From contig NC_090338.1 of NCBI RefSeq assembly GCF_035084215.1, positions 53,444,001 to 53,508,000 on the forward strand: 64,000 bases of DNA. The letters are read 5' to 3'. Under the pieces are notes generated by a model. That model worked only from the letters and a program-made list of their open reading frames with translations. It had not been told where the DNA came from and did not search any database. The DNA comes from Heptranchias perlo. Its lineage: Eukaryota. A program made the position numbers and the translations under genes. Shown here one piece after another: positions 36,575 through 47,719 of this stretch; the first letter of the stretch is position 1, and every line of letters starts with the position of its first letter.

Positions 36575-38310
36575 GTATTAAACAAATACTTCAGTTCTAT
36601 CTTCACGGAAGAGGACACAAATAACTTCCCAGAAATGCTAGGGAACCAAGAGTCTAGTGAGAAGGAGGAAGTAAAGGAAATTAGTATTAGGAAAAAAAAT
36701 AGTGCTGGAGAAATTAATGGGACTGAAAACTGATAAATCTCCAGGGCCTGATAATCTGCATCCCAGAGTACTAAAAGAGGTAGCCATGGAAATAGTGGAT
36801 GCATTGGTTATCATCTTCCAAAATTCTATAGATTATGGAACAGTTCCTGCAGATTAGAGGGTGGCAAATGTAACCCCACTATTTAAAAAAGGAGGGAGAA
36901 AGAAAACAGGGAACTACAGACCAGCTAACATCAGTAGTAGGGAAAATGCTAGAGTCTATTATAAAGGATGTGATAACAGGACACTTAGAAAATATCAACG
37001 GGATTAGACAAAGTCAACATGGATTTATGAAAGGAAAATCATGTTTGACAAACCTACTGGGGTTTTTTGAGGATGTAACTGGTAGAATAGATAAGGGAGA
37101 AACAGTGGATGTGGTGTATTTGGATTTTCAGAAGGCCTTTGATGAAGTCCCACAAAAGAGGTCAGTGTGCAAAATTAAAGCACGTGGGATTGGGGGTAAT
37201 ATACTGGCTTGGATTGAAAATTGGTTAACAGACAGGAAACAGAGAGTAAGAATAAATGGGTCTTTTTTGGGGTAGCAGGCAGTGACTAGTGGGGTACCGC
37301 AGGGATCCGTGCTTGGGCCCCAGCTATTCACAATATATATCAATGATTTGGATGAGGGAACCAAATGTAATATTTCCAAGTTTGCTGACAACACAAAACT
37401 AGGTGGGATCGTGAGTTGTGAGGAGTATGCAAAAAGGCTTCAAGGCGATTTAGACAAGTTGAGTGAGTGGGCAGATACCTACATGGCAGATGCAGTATAA
37501 CGTGGATAAATGTGAAGTTAACCACTTTGGAAGGAAAAACAGTAAGGCAGAGTATTATTTTAATGGTGATAGATTGGGAAATGTTGATGTATAAAAGGAC
37601 CTGGGTGTCCTTGTACACCAGTCACTGAAAGCAAACTTGCAAGTGCAGCAAGCAGTTAGGAAGGCAAATGGTATGTTGGCCTTCATTGCAAGAGGATTTG
37701 AGTACAGGAGCAAGGATGTCTTACTGCAGTTATACAGGGCCTTGGTGAGACCACACCTGGAGTATTGTGTGCAGTTTTGGTCTCCTTACCTAAGAAAGGA
37801 TATACTTGCCATAGAGGGAGTGCAGCGAAGGTTCACCAGACTGATTCCTGGGAAGGCAGGACTGTCGTATGAGGAGAGATTGCGTCAACTAGGCCTGTAT
37901 TCACTCGAGTTTAGAAGAATGAGAGGGGATCTCATTGAAATGTATAAAATTCTGACAGGGCTATACAGACTGGATGCAGAGAGGCTGTTTCCCCTGGCTT
38001 GGGGGGTCTAGAACAAGGGGTCACAGTCTCAGGATATGGGGTAGGACATTTAGGATTGAGATGAGGAGAAATTTCTTCACTCAGAGGGCGGTGAACCTGT
38101 GGAAATCTCTACCACAGAAGGCTGTGGAGGCCAAGACACTGAATATATTTAAGAAGGAATAGATAGATTTCTAGACACAAAAGGCACAAAGGGGTATGGG
38201 GAGAGAGCGGGAATATGGTATTGAGAAGAGAATCAGCCATGATCATATTGAATGGCGGAGCAGGCTCGAAGGGCCGAATGGCTTACTCCTGCTCCTATTT
38301 TCTATGTTTC
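36575..38310 (+). mobile_element. 5'-truncated CR1 LINE
   Basis: RT ORFs 36946-37275, 37282-37500, 37637-38011; tail TTCTATGTTTCTA. Confidence 0.92.
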
Positions 38311-38789
38311 TACAGCACAAAGTGTACACACATCTATAGACTATGCAGTACACTCACCTAAACCAACTATAGCAGGATAAAACTCACTGTAAAATTCTTC
38401 AACTTTCACTGGTACTCGAATTACAGTATTGCATTGTTCGCATGTGCACGGCAAATATTCCAGGTGGGCTATTAGTCCATTTAATGCAAGGACAATGAAA
38501 AAACAAAAAGTAAAAAGCCATAAACTGGCAGATATTGAATAAAAGATCAGCAGTAAAGCCAAGATACAAGTCCTTACTGTAAGTGCCTCTGATTACACAC
38601 TTAAATAGGGGAATTCACTTGCTCATTGTGCCAAAAGAGAGCAAACCTTCTTCATCCCATTTAATATTAAAAGAGCTTGAAATTTCTTTCCTTTCACCAA
38701 TTTTTCTCCCCTCTCCTTTATTTTGTGAAGGTGTTGATCCTTTCCACAGGGACCAGGCATCTTCCAGTACCTCACCTGAGTGGCAATTA

Positions 38790-39010
38790 TTTGTGTGAGT
38801 CAGATGGTGTCGGCAGACTATTCATTCACTGGAGGGCATCGGACCAAGCCCAATCCAGTTATCACCACCACCACACATGCATTTTCACCAGAAATCGCTG
38901 GATACTGAACAGGAGTGGGAATCCTGGCCAATTAAGAGCTCCCTAAGCTTGTAGGGCTGAAGCTAGTTGTAGTGTTCCTGCCGCCACCCAGCTGTATGGC
39001 TCAGTTACTA
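38790..39010 (-). mobile_element. SINE-like family B fragment
   Basis: CACACATGCATTTTCACCAG...GGGAATCCTGGC...CTGTATGGCTCAG. Confidence 0.5.
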
Positions 39011-39439
39011 ATTTTATAAATGCACAATACTATTGGAGGAAGTGAATTTTTTTTAATAATGTAGTTGAGCTGGTATTGTACATCTAAGAGCCATCTTGGC
39101 TGAGTATTAGCACTCTTGTTTCTGGGTCAGAATGAATGCATTCTAGCTGTTGTGAAAATATTTTTCATATTCCCACTGTTTCTGCATCGGAATGGCAACA
39201 CCCAGTGGTCTGTAACCTATAATTATGGAGAAATGTTTGATTACCTTTATTGGGGGCGATGAGATGCACAGCAAAATCCTCCTCTACACTACCTAACAAC
39301 AGATGAAGAGCTCCTTTGTGCGCTATGTGTAGTGAAGTCGTAAATGCGTTTTCCAATTCATTTGCCTTGTTCTTGAGTTTTGTTGTAACCTTGGCCTTTG
39401 CCCCTACTTGGCATTGGATTGGGTTCAGCTTTGGCCTTA

Positions 39440-40160
39440 CGTTGAAATTACAACATGAAAACAGGCTGTCTAGCCTAACCAGTCAGTGTTGGTGTTTATG
39501 CTCCACATGAGCAGTAATCCTAATGCCATGTGCCCACCCTATTCCCATATCTCTTTTAGTCCCTTTCCTTCAAGCTAACTAACCTATTACTAAATGTTGA
39601 CAAGTTCTCTGCTTCAATCTAGAACTCCAATAATGCATTCCACAGTTTCACAACCCTCTGTGCAAAAAGGTTTCTCCTGTTCTGTATCCTAAATCTCTTT
39701 CATTTAATCATATCTATGTCTTTTTTTTTTATTCGTTCATGGGATGTGAGCGTCACTGGCGAGGCCAGCACTTATTGCCCATCCCTAATTGCCCTTGAGA
39801 AGGTGGTGGTGAGCCGCCTTCTTGAACCGCTGCAGTCCGTGTGGTGACGGTTCTCCCACAGTGCTGTTAGGAAGGGAGTTCCAGGATTTTGATTCTAGTC
39901 CCCTTAATAACTGGAAACCATCTGTTTCTATATAGTCTGTCCCATCCCTTTATAATTTTAAACACTTCTTACAAATTACCCCTTATCTCTTCTGTTCTAA
40001 CAAAAACAGCCCCACTTTTTCAATTCTTTCTTCATATTTGCATTTCCTCATACCAGGCAACACCGACTGAATCTGCATGGTACACTCTTTGTTTCCTCAA
40101 CACTCTTCTTATAGTGTGAAGCCCAAAACTGCACACAGTACTCCAACTGCAGTCTTAAGA
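39440..40160 (-). mobile_element. Old CR1 3' fragment with nested poly-A LINE piece (39720-39890)
   Basis: TTCCACAGTTTCACAACCCTCTG and CAAAACTGCACACAGTACTCCAACTG; nested piece is the reverse complement of 14240-14408. Confidence 0.75.
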
Positions 40161-40459
40161 TTTTATATAGATTCGCCACTACGGCTTGTTCATCACCTTC
40201 AGCCTACAGTGCTTCTTGGCGCAAGATCCCAGTTTGGGACGAAGTTTTGTTGCAAACTTTTTCTGGTGGTTTAAACAAATTTTGCATTTATTGCAGCTAA
40301 CATACTTCAGATTTGATACCAATCATGGTTGTTGCATTCCAGAGATGGAGTTTGCCACTAACACGGTTATACATTGTAACCAGCAATGTTTCAGTTACAA
40401 AGGCTCTGTAAAACCTTCTGCCACAGAAGTCTAAGTCTTTCACAACCTAATTCGGAGCG

Positions 40460-40750
40460 AGCCTTTGGCTTAGTGGTAGCATTCCCAACTCTGAGTCAGT
40501 AGGTGCAGCATTCGAAACCTGCTCCAGACAGTCCCTGTGAGTAGAGACCACAGCTCCAGCTCTGAAGTCTGGGTTAACATCCAGCAGGATACCCAGGTCT
40601 GGTGTGGGTGGGCCCCCTGGGTTGGGGAGCCCATAAAACCTTCCCGCTATATAGGACTAACCATCCTAACAGCCGGTATAAAGATGGTTACGGCCATGAA
40701 AGAAGCGTTCACGTCATGGCCTGTCAGTCTGTTAATCAGCCTTTGAATCC
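40460..40750 (+). mobile_element. tRNA-headed SINE-like element with a multi-hairpin body
   Basis: A box TGGCTTAGTGG (40467-40477), B-box-like ATTCGAAACC (40510-40519), then four stem-loops. Confidence 0.5.
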
Positions 40751-41629
40751 TTCCACTACTTCACACTATTCTTCAAGGGAAGAGTGTGAAAATACAGACA
40801 ACCCACTTTTAGATTCCAAAGATATGAAATCTGTACAGAGTACTCTTTCAGGCACGTGCACTTATAAAACTAGTGCATGCTCAGCTATGTTGACTGTAGA
40901 TCATCTCTAGATAGGGATGTCACATGTACTCACGAACATGTGAAATTGATGGGCAGGAAAAGACCAGCTGGTCCATCAAGCCTGCTGCACAGGGACGAGT
41001 GCCCAAGTGCTAACATTTCCAATGTCAATTTAAAAAAATGAACCTTGGATAAATAACTCACTAAAATCTGGGACTGCAAATTTGGTTCTAGAAGAAAGGC
41101 AAATATGGGCAACAAGAAATATTTTGATCCTGTATCTTGAGTACCTTCTATGGATTGGTCACAGAGTGGCAGACCCCTCCAAGTTGGTCATCTTTTGTTC
41201 GGAAATGGTTCACGTGGTGGGAAATCTAAAAAGAGAAGAATTGAAAATAAATCTTTAATAAGATCTGTGGCACAATTAGAATATGACCAGAGGCATTATT
41301 TTTGGTGACTGAATAACTCAAATTCTGTGTTGGTTACATTGGATTTCTTGATTTTTACCTATGTTTAGGGATAAACTGCCACAATTCCATCTGTTTACAA
41401 TTAGGGCTGTTGGTTTATAGTGACCGAATAGATCAAATTTCATTTTTATTACATAGAATTCAGGGGATCAAATTTCACAATTCCTTCCATTTTTCCATAA
41501 AAACCATCAATCAGCATACTTGAGTATGATAAACTGATTTAGCTTTCATTTTGGGAAAGGACCAGTACAAATCACTCACCTTTACTGCATGTGGATTAAA
41601 ATGCTATTCAGATACAAATCTTTAAAGAA

Positions 41630-41895
41630 AGAACTTGCATTTATATAACACCTTTCAAAACCTCAGGATGTCCCAAAGTACTTTACAGCCAATGAATTAC
41701 TTTTGAAGTGTAGTCGCTGTTGTAATGTAGGAAACGTGGCAGCCAATTTCACACAAGGTCCCACAAACACCAATTAAATAATGACCTGATAATCTATTTT
41801 AGTGATGTTAGTTGAGGTATAAATATTGGCCATGACATTGGGGGAGAACTTCACTGTTCTTCTTCGTAACAGTGCCGTGGGATCCTTTATGGCCA
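41630..41895 (-). mobile_element. DeuSINE-like 3' fragment
   Basis: Colinear with 1158-1360. Confidence 0.75.
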
Positions 41896-42839
41896 CCCTT
41901 CCTATACTGTACCCTTTATTTCTCCGTGTCTGCCGTGAAAATAATGCAAAAACCAGCACTTTGGACTTTTTTTTTACATTATACTTTGTGATTAATCATT
42001 TAATTAAAGTGAAACAGCACTGTATCACAGATCTGTATCACAAATGTTTTCTGATACAGAAACATGTCATCAGATACCAAAGTAACCATATAATCCGCAG
42101 GTCCGGGATGCATAGGATCACTGGGCAAAATTCTTCCAACTATTTACCTATGTTTCATGCAATATTTTACAGCTGCATGATTCCTGAGTACCAACATGCA
42201 ATGCCTAACTAAGTGACTGATGGGCAAACATGGAATATTTGTTTTCATTCACTGATTTTGATTTAATTTTGCTATTTTAGTGACTTTCGTTTGCTTTGGT
42301 TTTAAATTAATTTGGCTGGGCAGCCCTCACCAAACATTTAGTCGTGACATTCCTTTAGGGAGGAGGGCACTGGATAAATTCTGATGGGTTTGCATTTTAC
42401 CCAAACCCACTGCTTTATCAAAATGAGGACCCCATTGTACTCCATCTCGTATTCATTGGATGTTAAAGCCGAGTCTCCATTTGCACTTTGGAGCCACCCA
42501 ATGCTAGAAGATATGGATGAGTACTGACCTAAATACGCAGCAGTATCCACCTAATATTAACTTTTCCCGATTTAATCCATCCTGACCTGTATCCAAACTA
42601 ATCCACAACATAGGTTTCTAGGTTAGTCAATGCAAGCCACTACAAGATACACCCACTGAGTAATTCTGTGCAAAAGATGACTTAAAATGTCAAGTGTGCA
42701 TAGCAGTCAAAAATTGTTTTAGAACAAGACACCTTGTTCTAGATCTATATTTCAATTTTTCACACTACAGATGACAAGTTTATATTAAATGTACTTCCCT
42801 CACATCTTCTCCTGTAAAATATTTTCCAGATGGCTGCAG

Positions 42840-43360
42840 AACAGTCAAGAACACAACCATGAGTCACTTTCGACACACGAGCAATGTCATGAGATTTTTG
42901 CAACACAGTGACATATTTCAACATGAACTTGCCTCATCATGGCACAGTAAATGGCAGACGTAATGGGGGAGGGGAGGGGAGGGAGGGAGGTCCGCCAAGT
43001 ATCAGTCACCGAAGACTGTACCTCTTCGATCAATGGGCTACTGGGAGATTGTGAACTTTCATTTTATATATCGCTCATGAGGCGATGATAGAATTTTGCA
43101 ACACACTCACAATATTGAGGCGGAATATTTTGCAATCAACCGTGTGGTACTTCCACCAAGATGATGACAAATCTGATAAGCAAAACCGCTTCAACACTTA
43201 ACTGCTCTTCCTGTCCACTCAAGGCAAACTGTTCGGTTGGAACTTTCATTTAAAATCCGCGCGTGCCTCCACGTGCGGATTTCCCGTTTGTGACGTGAAA
43301 TAAATATGCAAACGAGTCGGCCGGGGGGACCTTGAAACTGCCGAACCGGAAGAGAAAGCC
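42840..43360 (+). promoter_or_regulatory. CPEB4: Putative CPEB4 promoter / start of CpG-rich region
   Basis: TE-free, CpG-rich; AP-1 TGAGTCA 42860, C/EBP-like TTTTGCAA x3, E-box CACGTG 43270, TGACGTGA 43291, ETS ACCGGAAG 43345; TSS not determinable. Confidence 0.6.
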
Positions 43361-43419
43361 GGTGCGGTTTTTTCTCTCTCTCCTTGTCACCTCTCCTCTT
43401 CGCGCAGAGCGAAGGGCGA

Positions 43420-43527
43420 ATGGGGAGGCAGGAGGGGAGGAGCCTGAAAACCGTCGAACAGGAAGAAGCTCGCGACTCTGTCATTTCGCTCAGTCTGTCG
43501 GTCCAGGCGAGCGAGAGTAAGAAGTGA
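43420..43527 (+). other. Upstream ORF (35 aa) in putative CPEB4 5' leader
   Basis: ATG 43420 to TGA 43525-43527: MGRQEGRSLKTVEQEEARDSVISLSLSVQASESKK; requires a TSS upstream of 43420. Confidence 0.5.
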
Positions 43528-43830
43528 GAGACGGGGGAAGGGGGGGAAGTTTTTTTTTTGTAAAAATTTAAAACAAAAAAAAAAGGGGGGGGGGCGATAT
43601 AGAAACATATATTTATATAATGTAATAACCAGGCTCGGAATGTGAGAGAAGCCGGTCGGGGAAAAAAAAAACTGCTACTGGTTTTGAAACAGTTAATTGG
43701 ATTTTCTGAGGCAAAAAGTGGTGCCGAAAGGGCGGTGACGCGACATTTTCCCCCTTTTTATTATATTTTTTATATATTTAAGAAGAAAACCAAAAGGGAA
43801 AAAGGGGGAATCGTGCGGTCGTCACGTTCG

Positions 43831-44952
43831 ATGGGGGATTACGGGTTCGGTTTACTAGTTCAGACCAATAATACCAACAGTAAGGTAGCTTTTCCAGTCA
43901 GATATCATCAGCCTCACCACCAACAACAGAACGCGACTGCCGCCGGGTTTTGTAGCGCCGCCGCCGCCGCCGCCGCTGCCTCTGGTTCGGCTTGGCTTTT
44001 TCCTGCTTCGGCTACCCAGACCATGCAGGATGACCTGCTGCTGTCAGAAAAATCCAAATCCCAACAACAACAGCAGCAGCAGCAGCTTTCGCCCAGATTG
44101 GATCAGGCTGCTCCTGAAGTAGTAATACTCTCCGAGTCCCCTAAATCCGAAGAGGAGAATCAGAGCGGCGGCGGCGGCGGCGGCAACGGCAGCACTTCGG
44201 TGTCCAGCAGTAACGGCAAGGAGAAGCTGAGGATGGAGTCGCCGATCCTGTCGGGTTTTGACTATCACGAACCTCCTTCAGGACTAGGAGGAGCAGGCAC
44301 TACTGGAACGCCGTCTCTAACATCGTCAACATCCTCCTTGACCGGTTTCAGCAACTGGTCAGCAGCGATGACTCCTCCTACCATAAATGAAGATAATTTC
44401 TTTCACCAGGGAGTCCCTGCTCCCTCTGCTAACGGTGCTATGCTTTTTCAAAATTTTCCTCACCATGTCAGTCCCGGTTTTGGAGGCAGCTTTTCGCCTC
44501 AGATGGCTCTTTCTCAGCATCACCATCCCCATCATCATCCTCCTCCACCTCCTCACCATCACCACCAGCAGCAACGGAGGTCTCCTGCCAGCCCACATCC
44601 AGCACCATTTCCACACAGAAATGCTTTCAACCAACTGCCTCATTTGGCCAATAGTATCAGTAAACCTCCCTCTCCGTGGAACAGCTACCAAAGCCCATCG
44701 CCTTCATCATCCTCTTCGTCGTCTTGGAGCTCCGGTGGCGGGGTTGGTGTTTGGGGTGGATCCCAAGGTAGAGATCACCGCCGAGGAATGACTGGCGGAA
44801 TGGCAGCCCTCAATTCTATCTCTCCAATGAAGAAGCCTTTCCCCGGCAACCACATCCCGGCGCATAAATACTCTAGATCCAGCTCGGCTTTCCCACCAAA
44901 GTCTTGGATGGAAGACAGTATGCTGAGGAATGATAATATTTTACCATTTCAG
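43831..44952 (+). CDS. CPEB4: Cytoplasmic polyadenylation element-binding protein 4, first coding exon (374 codons, low-complexity N-terminal domain); gene continues beyond window
   Basis: MGDYGFGLLVQ..., SAWLFPA, SLTGFSNWSAA, FQNFPHHVSPGFGGSFSPQ, RRSPASPHP, PKSWMEDS match vertebrate CPEB4; ends CAG|GTGAGT (phase 0) at 44952. Confidence 0.95.
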
Positions 44953-47719
44953 GTGAGTAATCGGGGAGCCTAACGTTTGTTCTGGTTAAGTTGGAATTTT
45001 TCAAATGATAGCGTTGAGGTGAGATGTAAAATGTTCTCTACAATTCGGCTACTTGTGGACAACGTCTAATACGTGTAGATTTCACATACAAAGGACTGTT
45101 TTCATGGGTGTCATAAAATGCTTTAGTATGAATTTCTAACGTTTCATTTATTTTAAATTGTAAACTAGTAAAAATGTAGTTCTCTCAGTATTAATCGAGA
45201 AAGTAACCATAAATTTGAGTTTTCTGTATTCTTACTGCTCTTCTGCCCTTCCATAATTCAAATTCTAACCTTCGGTAAGATGTAGGAATTAAAATCAAAC
45301 AGAACCCTGATTAATGTTATCACACCCACTACTGAACACGACCCTGCGCTGTTGGGAGAGTGCGATTATTTTGAAATAAGATACTTTATTTTTCCTTTAA
45401 ATTTAAAATGAAGACCAGTTCTATCCACCTGCTTGAATCAGATTAAATTATTTTTTGTGCTAATAGACAAAGTTCTAATGTTAATAGAAAAATAAGTTTC
45501 AAAGTGCTTGCAAGGGGTGCAGATATTAATGATGACACAAGAGAAGTATTGATTCCATTGCTCTATAGCTTATTGGCTTGAAGAAATCAGATATCACATA
45601 GACTTGCAGGAGACGAATATGCAGAAATCCTGTTACTTTACATAAACATTTTTCCATCTTGATATTAACACTGCACAGATTGGGAACAATTGTATATCTA
45701 GTACTTTTTAAATTAGGACAATTTCAAATACATTTTTATATATTTTGCATATTGCATTTGTAGACATGTAGATTTAACTATTTGTGATGCAGCCTAAAAA
45801 TTAAATTCAGGTCTACCTGAGGCCAAAAACTTCAGCAATGTGAATTCACAACGGGGCTGATGGACTAATGAACACATGGTGCATGCCCTTACACTTCAGA
45901 GCATGCAGGATGGTTATTTTGAGCTTTTACAAACTGCTTTCAACACATGCAACTATGTATAAGGTATAATAAGAATATTCTTGTAATTCCAAAACTTCAT
46001 TTTTTCAAACTTTGGACCAGTGACACTTTCAGCTGCTGGCCATGGTATGTTTGGTTTGTTGTCTTCATTTTGAAACCTGTACTAATAAGACAAATGGAAT
46101 AGCCTGTTGGCATTTCTTCTTAGTGTAGCAAAATTGATTGTACTCTCATTCCCTTTCAGGAGGTAATTATTGGCGCTTGCTTTATTTTGACTTGCAGACT
46201 CAACAGTGAGCAAAATATGAAGAACACTTGAACAGCAGTTCCTTTAAAAGATCGTATACTGCTCAGCCTGTGCAGTTGTAGGGGAGTTTTAAACTTCCCA
46301 GCAGTCGTGAGCTTGGCTGATCAATGTCCTGAATGCGTGGTAGCAATGTTCTCTGCCATCCGTTGGTCAGAACTAATGGTACAATAGTCTGATGAAATGG
46401 CAAGCCATTACAAGATAACGTACCCTTAATCAGAGATGGAGAGTTTGTTAGAATCGGAACAGTGACTGCAGATTGACATGTCTATTGTTTAATTTGCTTT
46501 TAAAATTTTACCCACCTTAGAAGTTGCCCACAGTTTACATAAGTGACCTTTGGCAGAATTATGAAAAAATGAAATGTGTGATGCATTATTATAAGTTCTT
46601 TGTTTTAGTTGTTTGTTCCCTCTGAAACATGTAACACTTGTGCTGGATTGATTTTATTTTTGTTACTTTTATAGCTGGTATGTTGGCATCTTTGATATTT
46701 TAAAGAGAAAGGTAAGTGCGTTTAACGGAAGCACTTTCAGTATAGTAGTTTTTCTTCACCCCACTTTTTTAAAAAAAATGCTCACCATCTAGGAGGTATT
46801 TTTTTTCTTTCCTACATTGACCCATCATTTCAGAATTCTGCTGTGGGGGCAGTTTAACAATTACTAATGGTGGGACCATGCAGTGAGCAATTCCATAGAC
46901 AATAACACTTATCAGTGTGTTTTTGCATTCATATTGATTGGGAGTTGATAATGGGAAAACTTTAGTATTGGTCAGATACACAGTATTTAGCTAGCATTCA
47001 AGTTTCCTGCCTCGGGTGCTTTTCCTTGTTGGCACTCATAATAGAAAAGGCCTCTGATTTGTTTCCTCCCATAGAAGTACTCCATAATGGGTCCAATCTG
47101 TAATGTTAGCTGAGTGGAGATCCAAAATGGTTGATCTGTGAAGAACAGGAAGTTTCTAAGTATTTCCTACAAATTAGAACTACTTTTTTAAAAAAAAAAT
47201 ACATTTTTATCTCTTCTTCTGAAGGCATTGACTCCTGCTGGGATGCTGTTCCACAATGCCAGTATTTTGACCAAATGACCATTCGTGATGCATCAGCAGC
47301 TATTTGGTTATGGAGGATATCGCAGATGGAAGCCCAATCTTGTTTTCACCTGATAATGCTTGCCCAATTTTCAACAAATGTTACTAGATAGTAATTGGGA
47401 AATGAGAACCCAGGTTTATTTAAAATTTATATATATCCTCTTCTTAGCTCAAGGGCATTGATTCCAATTGTGTTCTGTTTGCTGGCCTGGCTGAGATCAG
47501 TCAACTTAGCACAGATAAGGAATTCAGCCCAATATCTTCTGGCCTGTATGGTTTAATGTTACAGAAGGTAAGCTTTTTTATTCTGTTGCCTAGATTGTGG
47601 CAGGAAGCACGCACACACGCTCCTTTAAATGCCAAAGAAGATAATGCTGGCATGCAGGAAAGTACTAGCACATGAATAGGGTTAGGTATGCTTCAAGAAA
47701 CAATATAGACGTGCTTGAC

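Noticed and set aside
35762-38310. Twin-priming inversion or second hairpin from opposed CR1s
   Set aside because: Both copies have their own 3' tails, are visibly diverged and are separated by unrelated sequence; independent insertions
43549-43594. T-run/A-run hairpin flanked by G runs in the CPEB4 leader
   Set aside because: Homopolymer pairing is weak evidence and run lengths are error-prone
43642-43830. GTG-initiated 63-codon N-terminal extension of CPEB4
   Set aside because: Homology starts at ATG 43831; the extension is low-complexity UTR-like sequence and its GTG overlaps the ATG-TGA element
46389-46420. CTGATGA followed by AATGG/CCATT stem (hammerhead-like)
   Set aside because: Required GAAA is ACAA and no stems I/III are evident
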